Positions 41,194-50,188 of a stretch of DNA of 64,000 nucleotides are shown one piece after another. The position numbers were made by a program, and so were the translations under genes. The notes beneath the pieces were generated by a model. The model searched no databases. It saw only the letters and a list, made by a program, of their open reading frames with translations, and had not been told where the DNA came from. Positions within the stretch are counted from its first letter, which is position 1; every line of letters begins with the position of its first letter. The stretch comes from a virus, in IMG/VR virus record IMGVR_UViG_3300021138_000007, positions 48,112-112,111 of that record; one strand, 5' to 3'.

Positions 41194-41598
41194 ATGTGGT
41201 ATAAATTTGCACAAGAAATAATAAATGAACCACTAAACACCATAGAGGAAAATAAACAAAATCCAGAAGATTTTGCAAACTATCTGGCAAATAAATATAA
41301 TGCAGCCATTCGATTGTATTTAACAAATAGAAATGATCTGAAATTAGACCATTTAGTCGTTCCTAAAGAACTAAGAAAACAAGGTATAGGATCATCAATT
41401 ATGCGCGAAATAATAGACTATGCAGATAAAAATCAATATAGACTAATACTTACAACAGCCTCAAAAGATCAATACTTTGGCACTACATCATCTGGAAGAT
41501 TGAAAAAGTTCTATAAACAATTTGGACTTAAAGAAAATAAAGGAAAAGATTATTCTATCTCGGAAAATATGTTCAGATTACCAGCCAAATGTAAATAA
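41194..41598 (+). CDS. GNAT acetyltransferase with MWYKFAQ leader
   Basis: V(V)PKELRKQGIGS motif A; LKKFYKQFG motif B. Confidence 0.8.
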   Translation: MWYKFAQEIINEPLNTIEENKQNPEDFANYLANKYNAAIRLYLTNRNDLKLDHLVVPKELRKQGIGSSIMREIIDYADKNQYRLILTTASKDQYFGTTSSGRLKKFYKQFGLKENKGKDYSISENMFRLPAKCK

Positions 41599-41599
41599 A

Positions 41600-42030
41600 A
41601 ACAAACATATTTAACTAATTATATATTACTCCAGGGAGTCAAACGAAATCCAAAAACAAAAAAATCTAATAGCCCCCCATACCAATATTATATTCTGCTA
41701 CCTCGGAGTCCCTAAGCATTAGGTACCATATCACAAAAATTTAACTCCCCCCCCCCATACCAATCCTATTTTTAAAAACATATTTCTAAAGAACATAAAA
41801 AAGTTTTCTAAAAAATCCTAGCGATTGGAAATGCCACTTCGATTTTTTGGCGGGGGCAGGAAACACCCTTCCTTATGGAACCAAAATAATTGACTACCCC
41901 TGGGGGTAGTATAGGAATAGTAGCATAGTAGCAATAGTAGCCATGTGGCATATACTATTATGTGGCATTAACATCTTATGGCATAAAACAGTACCCTATT
42001 TCTAGGGTACTGTTCTTAGTACCTTGCGGG
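41600..42030. other. non-coding boundary region with C-runs, short repeats and hairpins
   Basis: CCCCCCATACCAAT twice (near 41673 and 41751); ACTACCCC-T-GGGGGTAGT dyad; TAGTAGC three times; CAGTACCCTA-TTTC-TAGGGTACTG dyad. Confidence 0.55.
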
Positions 42031-42038
42031 GTACTGTA

Positions 42039-42524
42039 CTAGCTGAATCGTACTACGTTCTCCACCTTGAAGATGTTGAACATTGCCTGACCTACTTCTG
42101 CTTTTGCTTCCTTTTCGGCACTATAGTCAGTGTCCTTGGCGTCTTCCGCCAACAAGTAATCGCGGATGTCATCCTTTTGTACTTCTACTCCGCCAAGAGT
42201 CCAAGTACTCGGCAATGGTCGAACAGGCAGTACTGCCAAGTACCATTGAGTACCCTTCCTCCAGAACTCGACACCGTTTACTACTTGGACTTCTTCCACC
42301 CAAGGTTGTCGTTCTGGCGCTTCGCGTGTGCCTTCTGCTACGGCTTCCCGTACCGCTTTGGCGTTGGCATAAACGGCCTTAACATGGAATTGCATGGCAC
42401 CGATTTTGCGGATTTCTGGACCGTCATAGGATTTCTTAACCTTAGCGGGTCTGTCAGTATGAACCGTAGTAATAGCGCCACCGCGAAGGCCACCGAGAAT
42501 GTCGATAATTGCTTCCTTAGTCAT
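42039..42524 (-). CDS. hypothetical protein, ~160-aa family paralog A
   Basis: RPAKVKKSYDGPEIRK...FWRK...WYL...W.L.G..V...I.D.LLA; GGAG SD. Confidence 0.8.
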   Translation of the reverse strand: MTKEAIIDILGGLRGGAITTVHTDRPAKVKKSYDGPEIRKIGAMQFHVKAVYANAKAVREAVAEGTREAPERQPWVEEVQVVNGVEFWRKGTQWYLAVLPVRPLPSTWTLGGVEVQKDDIRDYLLAEDAKDTDYSAEKEAKAEVGQAMFNIFKVENVVRFS

Positions 42525-42842
42525 TTCTTAACTCCTTCGGTCCTGCCCCTCTTGGCTGAACCACACATAGTATACCTGATATGGTCAAGCCCTTCGCAAG
42601 CGTTGCTGAATTTATCGCAATATCACGTTTTATTTTACATCTTAAAAAACAAGGAGCGTATGCTATTTATGCAACATAATATTATAATATAAAATAGTTA
42701 ATATAAATAATTATGCAAAAAACGTCCCATTATGAATTTTAAGACGTAAAATAAATTGCTGATTTTTGAGCAATCAAATGCGTTGTCTCTATAGGGTATA
42801 ATATATGTGTAGTTTACCCTAGAGGGTAGGGGTTAAAATAAC

Positions 42843-43328
42843 ATGACATTAGAAGCGATTATTGAAACACTGGATAAAAAGCGACGTGGTACAATTAGCA
42901 CTGTATATTTGGACAGACCTGCACTTGTAAGAAGTAAATATCATGGTCCTGAAATTCGCAAAAAATCAGGAGTGCAGTTTTTGGCAAAAGTCGATTACTC
43001 AGACACAAATACAGTACGCCAAGCGGTTAAGAATGGCATTCGTCCTACGCCTCAAACACCGTCTTGGGTGGAAGAAGTTGTAATGCAAAAAGGTATTACA
43101 TTCTGGCGCAAAAAAGATCAATGGTACCTAGTTATGGTGCCAATCAAACCACTCAAAGTAACATGGACTCTTGACGGTAATACAGTACCAAAAGAATCAA
43201 TCCATGATTTTCTTCTTGCCGATGATGCAAAAGAAAGTAACTTCCAAGCAGAAAAATCAGATCGTGCAGAAAAAGGACATTCTGTTTATATTGTTGCTAA
43301 ATTAGAAAACATCTCAAAAATGATTTAA
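42843..43328 (+). CDS. hypothetical protein, ~160-aa family paralog B
   Basis: Clearly homologous to 42039-42524 (DRPA.V...Y.GPEIRK, WVEEV, FWRK..QWYL). Confidence 0.82.
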   Translation: MTLEAIIETLDKKRRGTISTVYLDRPALVRSKYHGPEIRKKSGVQFLAKVDYSDTNTVRQAVKNGIRPTPQTPSWVEEVVMQKGITFWRKKDQWYLVMVPIKPLKVTWTLDGNTVPKESIHDFLLADDAKESNFQAEKSDRAEKGHSVYIVAKLENISKMI

Positions 43329-43471
43329 TCGAAACAGCGACTCCCAAAATCCAGTACTAAATACTGGATTTTATTTTTGTCTTAAAATTCATGGAAGGAC
43401 GATTTTTGTTACTCTCTAACAATAAGATTTATTGCTAAATTCATAGCAATAAATATCGTTCCCTCTAACGT

Positions 43472-43738
43472 GTGATTGGGTATAATAAATACATTGTGCT
43501 GAGGACGCAGGGAAGTTATAAGTTTGCTGACACAAAAGAAACAGCAGAGTTTTGGGGATTCCTGCCTTTCTCTTACTGTTGTCAGGCTATTAGAGACAAT
43601 GTTATAATTCACGAAGCACGATATGAAATTTTTTGTCGTTCTCTAAATGATTTTGTAGCTATTGTTAAGATATGGAATGCTTTAGGAGAAATCAAGACAA
43701 AATACAGTACGATTCAATGGAGATATACGATTTGTTAG
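43472..43738 (+). CDS. small hypothetical protein; true start probably near 43496
   Basis: GGGTATAAT -10 box lies inside the annotated 5' end. Confidence 0.45.
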   Translation: MIGYNKYIVLRTQGSYKFADTKETAEFWGFLPFSYCCQAIRDNVIIHEARYEIFCRSLNDFVAIVKIWNALGEIKTKYSTIQWRYTIC

Positions 43739-43837
43739 AGTGTTACTCTAACTCACTTCTTGCGATGGCATAGTATCGCAAGAAGTGAGTTAACTCCAAC
43801 CCCTCAAACAAGCCCGTTGAAAAACGGGCCTTTATTG
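43727..43837 (+). ncRNA. structured RNA element, copy 1 (three hairpins)
   Basis: Near-duplicate at 45149-45252 with compensatory stem changes around a conserved GGCATAGT loop. Confidence 0.55.
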
Positions 43838-43935
43838 AAATAAGAGTCTTATCGTAATTTTTAAGACTCTAAAGAAAATTCGAAAAATTATTCGAAAAAT
43901 GCTCGATTTTTGTTTAGACCGTGGTATACTTATTA

Positions 43936-44096
43936 AGTCAACGATAAAGGTTGACATCGTTCAAAAGTCCATCTTAGGATGGCATTCGTCAACACAACAT
44001 ACGGGAAGCGCGTCCCGTAACGTGATCAACAGCTAGGTGCGAAAAAGGGCCTCACCTTGAGTCTTCTGTCAAAAGCAGAAGGAGGCCCTTTTTCTT
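43936..44096 (+). ncRNA. ORF-less structured RNA cassette
   Basis: TGGTATACT promoter; hairpins GTCAAC/GTTGAC, CCATC/GATGG, TACGGGA/TCCCGTA, AAAAAGGGCCT/AGGCCCTTTTT. Confidence 0.5.
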
Positions 44097-44193
44097 TTGC
44101 ATTTTTATATAAATAAACGTCCCATCATGAATTTTAAGACGTAAAATAAATTGCTGATTTTTCCGCTTGCTATAAAAATAGCAATAAAAACAC

Positions 44194-44221
44194 TTGACTT
44201 TTTAGTGTTTAGTAGTATACT
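44194..44221 (+). promoter_or_regulatory. sigma70-type early promoter
   Basis: TTGACT-N16-TATACT; near-identical copy at 46307-46334. Confidence 0.7.
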
Positions 44222-44252
44222 AGGCTATCGCTGAGGCGAGGGAGTAAAACAG

Positions 44253-44828
44253 ATGTTTATGAAACGCGACAAGTCCGACGATTTACAGAATGCCGCTTGT
44301 AATATCTTTGGATACAATGGTACTAAATTGAAAGCTGAGTTGGCTAAGGACAATATCGTTCAGTTGACTGACATGTATTGGCATGGTGGTACTAAAAGTT
44401 TCTATGCCATTATTGAATTGGCAACGATGAATTCAGTACCTTTGCCAAGTTTTCATCCTATGTTTGACGGTCAAGTACTTCCTGATAAGGTGGAACTTAA
44501 ACCAGGATACGTACTGGTTCGCCATATTAAATTCTGCGGAAGTGATTTAGGACTTGAGTTTATCGTTCATGCTGACGACTGGAAGAATTACGAACTTCCA
44601 GTACCCACCGAACTGAATAGGGATCAAAAGGTAGTACTTCTTTGTACTAAGTGCTATATTTCAAGTTATAGGCGCGAAGAAGCCAAAAGGTACGGTATTA
44701 AGGATTTTGACGCGATTAAGTCAGAGTTAATCGCTAAAGGACTTTTGTCCAAAATCGGAGCACTCACCGTAGAAGGTAAAAATGTTGCCAGTACTTTAGG
44801 CGACATCTATTCCTACTCTAAAAGATAA
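44253..44828 (+). CDS. hypothetical protein
   Basis: GGAG SD, own promoter and terminator. Confidence 0.75.
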   Translation: MFMKRDKSDDLQNAACNIFGYNGTKLKAELAKDNIVQLTDMYWHGGTKSFYAIIELATMNSVPLPSFHPMFDGQVLPDKVELKPGYVLVRHIKFCGSDLGLEFIVHADDWKNYELPVPTELNRDQKVVLLCTKCYISSYRREEAKRYGIKDFDAIKSELIAKGLLSKIGALTVEGKNVASTLGDIYSYSKR

Positions 44829-45002
44829 GTACTAAAATAAAAGGGAAGGATATTCATCTTCCCTTTTATTTTACGTCTTAAAATCTATGACGGGACGATT
44901 ATTGTAATAAAATTAAAAAAGTATTTTCACTATGGGATTTATTGTTATTATAAAAACAACTTTTATTATACTCTTAAACGTGTTTGAGGGTATAATAAAT
45001 AC

Positions 45003-45146
45003 ATGACGAATGAGGAGTTAGTAACAGAACTTCTGAAACTTAATCCTAAAGCAAAAATCAAGATTTTATCTTTGGATAGCATTGATAATCATGATTTGGT
45101 TAAGATTTATGGAGAACAAGATGTTATTATATTCGATCATCAATAA
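45003..45146 (+). CDS. 47-aa hypothetical protein (MTNEELVTELLKLNPKAKI...)
   Basis: Manual translation; GGGTATAAT-N7-ATG leaderless start. Confidence 0.6.
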   Translation: MTNEELVTELLKLNPKAKIKILSLDSIDNHDLVKIYGEQDVIIFDHQ

Positions 45147-45148
45147 AA

Positions 45149-45252
45149 ACGATTTGTTAGAGTAACACTCTAACGCACATCTTGTGATTGGCATAGTAGT
45201 CACAAGTTAACTCCAACCCTCAAACAAGCCCGTTGAAAACGGGCCTTTATTG
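45149..45252 (+). ncRNA. structured RNA element, copy 2
   Basis: Near-duplicate of 43727-43837. Confidence 0.55.
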
Positions 45253-45414
45253 CATTTAGAGTCCCGTCATGAATTTTAAGACGTAAAATAAATTGCTGAT
45301 TTTTGAACAAGTTATTGATACTTGAAAATTGCTCGATTTCCAACAAGAAAATACGTTTACCCTATATGGTAAACTATATGCGTCTGTGCCATGAGGGGCC
45401 AACAGGGAGTTAAA

Positions 45415-46167
45415 ATGCAAGTTTTAGATATTAACCTTTCGTCAACGATTAACCAGTTTGTAGAATTTGGTGAGGTTGCTATGGAGTCCGTAGAAACCGC
45501 CGTAAAGCGGTTTGCTGGGTTGAATCTGTACTTGAAGGTATCCAACTACTCTGAAGGCGGATACGACGACGAAACAGGCAGGGAGTGGCCTTCAGGGTGG
45601 AACTCTGAAACAGCTCCGTATGACGTTAAAAACGTAGTATGGCACTGTCTTGGATTGTCCCATATGGACACTGATGCTTTTCGAGAGGAGTTCGAGTCGT
45701 GGGCTACCGCGACTGAACAGGAGTTTCTTGCGTCTGCCATCCGATGTATAGCCTATGACGATGAGAACATTCAGGCTGAATTCTTGACCCCTGAACAGTT
45801 TCAGGAACAGGAACAAGCTGAATTCGTTCGACGTATGAACCTTGAGCGAGATCGGTACGAACCTATCGCTTGTCGGTTCGCTCACAAGCATGGAGTTAAA
45901 TTTGGTACTCCCGAATTTATGTCCAAGTTGGCAGATGCTTTAAGTACTGCCGAAGAAGATGAGCAGGAACGAAGGCATGGCATGAGGGAGGACGGTTTGT
46001 GCTGTACTGGGTACGGTTTTGGTAGCGCGGCTGTAAACGAATGGTACGATTCGTACAATACTCGTTTACCTGAACTCGTCGAACTTGAGGGACTTATGGA
46101 ATGGATTCAAGAATTCCAACCGCTTTTGTATTCTGTTTGGGAGTCCAGTAGACTACAAACAGCATAG
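45415..46167 (+). CDS. hypothetical acidic protein
   Basis: GGGAG SD before ATG at 45415. Confidence 0.7.
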   Translation: MQVLDINLSSTINQFVEFGEVAMESVETAVKRFAGLNLYLKVSNYSEGGYDDETGREWPSGWNSETAPYDVKNVVWHCLGLSHMDTDAFREEFESWATATEQEFLASAIRCIAYDDENIQAEFLTPEQFQEQEQAEFVRRMNLERDRYEPIACRFAHKHGVKFGTPEFMSKLADALSTAEEDEQERRHGMREDGLCCTGYGFGSAAVNEWYDSYNTRLPELVELEGLMEWIQEFQPLLYSVWESSRLQTA

Positions 46168-46364
46168 TCTAAAGTACTCAATAACTAGGAATGTAAAAAT
46201 TCCTAGTTATTGTTAATATATTAAAAAAAGTGTCCCGTTATGAATTTTAAGACGTAAAATAAATTGCTGATTTTTGAGTAAGCTGTAAAGATAGCAATAA
46301 AAGCACTTGACTTTTTAGAGAATAGTAGTATACTAAGTTATCGCTTTGAGGGCGATATGGAGTA

Positions 46365-46811
46365 ATGAAAATGTTTGATCGTTTAACAGAAACCGCGCTG
46401 GTGCCTTTCACTAATGATGAACTGAATCTTCTTTTGGATCGTCACTATGGAGTCGAAAGGAGTGACGACGACGGCAAGTCGATTATCACTGATATTTGGG
46501 ATGCTGTAGCCCCTTATACAGACGTATATGCAACACTGACACACTATCACATGACGGATTGGGAACCCGCTGAGGGTGGCTGTGGCATTTGGAAGGCAGT
46601 GGAGCAAAAAGCATGGCGCGTCGATGGCACTGTTACAGAAGACGATCTGGATGCCATTAGGGACGCAATCTTGTCTTCTCTAACAGACGTGCGAACCAAC
46701 GAGCAAGGTGAAATCGTAGGGTACTCAAACGACGGCGAAAAAGGTTCGTTTTCTGTTTACTTCACCGTCGGACGACCTTACGCACATATCCCCTATTTCG
46801 GATACTGCTAA
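46365..46811 (+). CDS. hypothetical acidic protein
   Basis: Own promoter, SD and terminator. Confidence 0.7.
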   Translation: MKMFDRLTETALVPFTNDELNLLLDRHYGVERSDDDGKSIITDIWDAVAPYTDVYATLTHYHMTDWEPAEGGCGIWKAVEQKAWRVDGTVTEDDLDAIRDAILSSLTDVRTNEQGEIVGYSNDGEKGSFSVYFTVGRPYAHIPYFGYC

Positions 46812-47064
46812 GAGTTAAAAGCAAGGGAAGTAATTTCCTTGCTTTTAATTTGTGTCTTAAAATTCATGACGGGACGCTTTTTGTAAAAAAGTTAAAATTA
46901 ATTATTTTTAACCATTATAATTTATTGTTATTTAAAATAGTAATAAAACGTTGTTTTATATCAATAATGGTATGATTTGTCGATTCATTCTCTAAATGAT
47001 TATTTTGCCTATATTTTAGCAATAAATCGTGGATATTATTTAGAGAGTGTGATATAATAAAGAC

Positions 47065-47205
47065 ATGAAAAAGTTTATTCTTCATTGGAAAGACGGAAAG
47101 AAAGAAGAAGTGACTGGCAATGATATTGCTAGTGCCTTTAGCAATGCGGGATATTCTCAAGGCGCGATTAGAGCCTTGGATTATTACGAAGAAGTCAAGA
47201 ACTAA
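47065..47205 (+). CDS. 46-aa hypothetical protein (MKKFILHWKDGKKEEVTG...)
   Basis: Manual translation; TGATATAAT-N6-ATG. Confidence 0.6.
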   Translation: MKKFILHWKDGKKEEVTGNDIASAFSNAGYSQGAIRALDYYEEVKN

Positions 47206-47426
47206 TATGAACTAAAAATAACATTTAGAGATAGATGTTATTTTTATTATAATGCATTTAGAGTCCCGTCATGAATTTTAAGATGTAAAATAAAATTAAA
47301 GATATTGCTTAAATTTTAGCTCGATTTATTACTACTCGAAAATTGCTCGAAAAATGTTCGAAAACACTCGATTTTTGCCAGCATATACGGTATTATATAA
47401 GAACATAAGGATACGGAGAACAGTAA

Positions 47427-47909
47427 ATGACTACAACTGAAATCGCTACCGCACTTGAATCCAAACCGAAGGGTTCCATTTTTACTCTGGTTGTTACACG
47501 CGCAGGCAAGGTGCGAAAGTCTTATGACGGTAAACCTATCACCAAGACTTCGATCATGCAGGGAATGACAAACGTCAACTATGCTGATCGTAAACCAGTA
47601 CGTGAAGCCGTCGCCAACGAGGAAAGGGATGCTCCCGAACTTCCATCCCATATTGAGGATACCTTTATGGTATCTAAGACACGATTCTGGAAGGGTAAGA
47701 ACGGTAAGGAGTATTTTCCTGTCTGTCTGACTGGTAATAAGCCGCAAGCACAATGGTACTTGGATGGTGAACCAGTGGACTTGGATACCATTAAGGATCA
47801 TCTTTTGGCTTCCGAGTACGCCGAACGAAAGGACAAGGAAACCACTGAGGACAAAGGTCAGGCCCTTTTCATCGGTGTCGAAGTTTCCAACGTAACGGAA
47901 GTACGATAA
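47427..47909 (+). CDS. hypothetical protein, ~160-aa family paralog C
   Basis: GKVRKSYDG..I.K; VREAV; FWK; WYLDG..V...IKDHLLA; KGQA.F. Confidence 0.8.
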   Translation: MTTTEIATALESKPKGSIFTLVVTRAGKVRKSYDGKPITKTSIMQGMTNVNYADRKPVREAVANEERDAPELPSHIEDTFMVSKTRFWKGKNGKEYFPVCLTGNKPQAQWYLDGEPVDLDTIKDHLLASEYAERKDKETTEDKGQALFIGVEVSNVTEVR

Positions 47910-48034
47910 ACTTCTGAAATTAAAAGTAGGAAAAGCAATTTTCCTACTTTTAATTTGTGTCTTAAAATTCATGACGGGACGATTATTTCAAAAATATTGT
48001 GTAAAATTATGCCTGATTATGGTATACTAACTGT

Positions 48035-48250
48035 ATGCCTACGAAGCGATATGATCGAACATGGTCGCAAATTTGCAATAAAGAAGGTAGCGTTTTAATT
48101 TATACTGAAGTTTTATGGTCCTCAAAATTCGGATCATCTTTTGTTACAATGAAGCGCGAACTTTACGAACAATTCGTGAAATCCAAAGAAAAGTATTTCT
48201 CAATTTTCATGAAAAAGAATAACATTACTAGCGTGATGTTAAAAGCCTGA
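48035..48250 (+). CDS. hypothetical protein
   Basis: TGGTATACT-N6-ATG. Confidence 0.55.
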   Translation: MPTKRYDRTWSQICNKEGSVLIYTEVLWSSKFGSSFVTMKRELYEQFVKSKEKYFSIFMKKNNITSVMLKA

Positions 48251-48264
48251 GGTAAAATTAGAAC

Positions 48265-48657
48265 ATGGCTGCAAAGAATGAATGGACCTTAAAAACATGG
48301 GACTGCGATAATAGCGGAAATAAATGCTGGGTTAAGAAATTTGGCAAAGGAGAAGTTAGTGTTGGTGTTGGAACATTTCTTTTAGTCAACTTTTCTTATG
48401 GTCCTAATTCCGATCATTCTATGTCAGGCACTCGCTGGCATTATGGCACAACCATTTCAGAACAAGATATGATGAACTGGATTGACGAAAACGAAGGAAA
48501 ACATAAATCAATGCCAGTCGATCCAAAACTTTACAAAGATTGGTTTGATTCATGTTCAAAAGAAGTGCAAGATGCACTTTTGGCAGTTGGACAACCCTGG
48601 CATCAATTGTGTCTGAATGATCATAATCGAAAACTGGGAAATTTGAGGTATACTTAG
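48265..48657 (+). CDS. hypothetical protein
   Basis: ORF track. Confidence 0.6.
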   Translation: MAAKNEWTLKTWDCDNSGNKCWVKKFGKGEVSVGVGTFLLVNFSYGPNSDHSMSGTRWHYGTTISEQDMMNWIDENEGKHKSMPVDPKLYKDWFDSCSKEVQDALLAVGQPWHQLCLNDHNRKLGNLRYT

Positions 48658-48660
48658 AGC

Positions 48661-48984
48661 ATGGCTAAGAAACCAAAAATCGTAGTCGATACGCCTTATC
48701 TAAATAGTTGGGCACATCAAGAAAAACTCAATCAGCAAGCCATTGAAGATGAAAAGAAATTGCCATTTCGACAAATGATTGAAGCTAGGAAAAAGCGACT
48801 AGCGAAAGAGATTGAAAGTGCCAAGAATTGCAATATCATCTTTAAAAATGAAAATATTGCATGGTATATGAGACTTTTCTACTGTGATAGAGAAACAGCA
48901 AGAAAAGAACTTGGTTATAGTCCTCCTCTTGCAACTGTATCTTTTGAAGAATATCGCAATTGTCCTTTCCGTGGAGGAGGATAG
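48661..48984 (+). CDS. hypothetical protein
   Basis: GGTATACT-N6-ATG; followed by a GGGC-TTCG-GCCC terminator. Confidence 0.6.
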   Translation: MAKKPKIVVDTPYLNSWAHQEKLNQQAIEDEKKLPFRQMIEARKKRLAKEIESAKNCNIIFKNENIAWYMRLFYCDRETARKELGYSPPLATVSFEEYRNCPFRGGG

Positions 48985-49005
48985 GGCTTCGGCCCTTTTA
49001 TTTTG
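48983..49005 (+). terminator. GGGC-TTCG-GCCC terminator fused to a reverse dyad site
   Basis: Same hairpin near 50189, 55730 and 58209, variant near 59362; the U-tract is the conserved arm of the dyad site. Confidence 0.8.
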
Positions 49006-49034
49006 TGTCTTAAAATCTATGGACGGACGATTAT

Positions 49035-49260
49035 TGTAAGTTTATATATAACTCGATGTCCTGTATACACACTGGTATACAGGACATCAGCATTTGTTAA
49101 ATAACTAGGGAGTGAGTCTAGTCATTTAACTACTCGGCCCAATGCCAAGGCCCCGTCAAGGTCGGACTGTTTTTTATTCTACACTTTAAAGATTATGTTA
49201 TCGCTTCATATGTGTTTTAAGTTCCTCCCGCCAGCGCCGTCTCTAAATCACACTGACTCT
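49035..49260 (-). ncRNA. candidate ~200-nt ORF-less RNA cassette
   Basis: Minus-strand TTGACT-N17-TATTAT promoter at 49264-49292; no meaningful ORF; hairpins GTTAAATGACTAG/CTAGTTATTTAAC and GATGTCCTGTATAC/GTATACAGGACATC. Confidence 0.45.
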
Positions 49261-49402
49261 TATATAATACCTTAACTGTGTATCGAAGTCAAGCATTTTA
49301 GAAAAATATTTTACATTTAAATTAAAATAAGCGTCTCGTCATCTTTTTTAAGGCATAAAGTAAAAAGCTCTAGTCTTTTTACTTTATGCAAGAATGATTC
49401 AC

Positions 49403-49768
49403 TTATGGATATACATAGTATTCCACTTTCACTTCACCAGATTGCAACATACTTACCATAGCAATTCCCCCAAGCCAGCCATATCCTTTCTCATTATAGC
49501 CAACATGAATGCTTGTATTGTCGATGCCAATTCCCTTGAACCATTCACAAATTTGTTTGGCTTTCTCAATGGCTTTTTCAGGAGAATTGAATTTATTCAA
49601 ATATCCTGCACCGCCAAAATAAGAATTATTCACAAGTAAACTTGTATCCACTGTTTTATTGTCTTTGTCGTCTTTTGGCGTGCTAAGACTATCCGCCAAA
49701 GGATAATCAGGCATATTCTCAATTTCTTCACGACGCTTCCAAAAATCGTTAGACTTAAAAACGCTCAT
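49403..49768 (-). CDS. hypothetical protein (MSVFKSND...)
   Basis: TGGTATACT-N6-ATG. Confidence 0.6.
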   Translation of the reverse strand: MSVFKSNDFWKRREEIENMPDYPLADSLSTPKDDKDNKTVDTSLLVNNSYFGGAGYLNKFNSPEKAIEKAKQICEWFKGIGIDNTSIHVGYNEKGYGWLGGIAMVSMLQSGEVKVEYYVYP

Positions 49769-49894
49769 ATACGTAGTATACCACATAATTTATAAAAATA
49801 AACAACTATTTTGAAATAATCGTCCCCTCATAAATTTTAAGACGTAAAATAAATCATTGACTTTCTAAGATCATGATGGTATACTATTTAAGCT

Positions 49895-50188
49895 ATGCAA
49901 ACAATCAACACCACTTTCGGTGAAGCTCGAATCGAAACTACCAAATACCAGCTTGGCGGTTTGGCTGTTTTTCTGATCGACAATCATAACGGGGAGCCTA
50001 TCGCAACTCTATCTACGTGTATTCCTGATCATGTTCACAAACTTGAAGAAGGTGAATTCTTCGTCAAGAATTGGTCAGAAAATGAAACTTTGGCACAAGA
50101 AGCATTTGAATCAGGGTTATTCATTGACACTGGCAAGAGTGCAGCCACTGGATATGTTGTTGCACCAGTCTGGAAATTCAAAGATTAA
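49895..50188 (+). CDS. DUF4313-like protein
   Basis: Y...LA..L...GEP.ATLS...F.KNWSEN...L...G......GY pattern; TTGACT/TATACT promoter. Confidence 0.6.
   Translation: MQTINTTFGEARIETTKYQLGGLAVFLIDNHNGEPIATLSTCIPDHVHKLEEGEFFVKNWSENETLAQEAFESGLFIDTGKSAATGYVVAPVWKFKD

Noticed and set aside
42024-47972. Long antisense ORFs 42024-42692 (+), 42083-42382 (+) and 47316-47972 (-)
   Set aside because: Shadows of the paralog genes on the opposite strand, which have SD sequences, promoters and mutual homology
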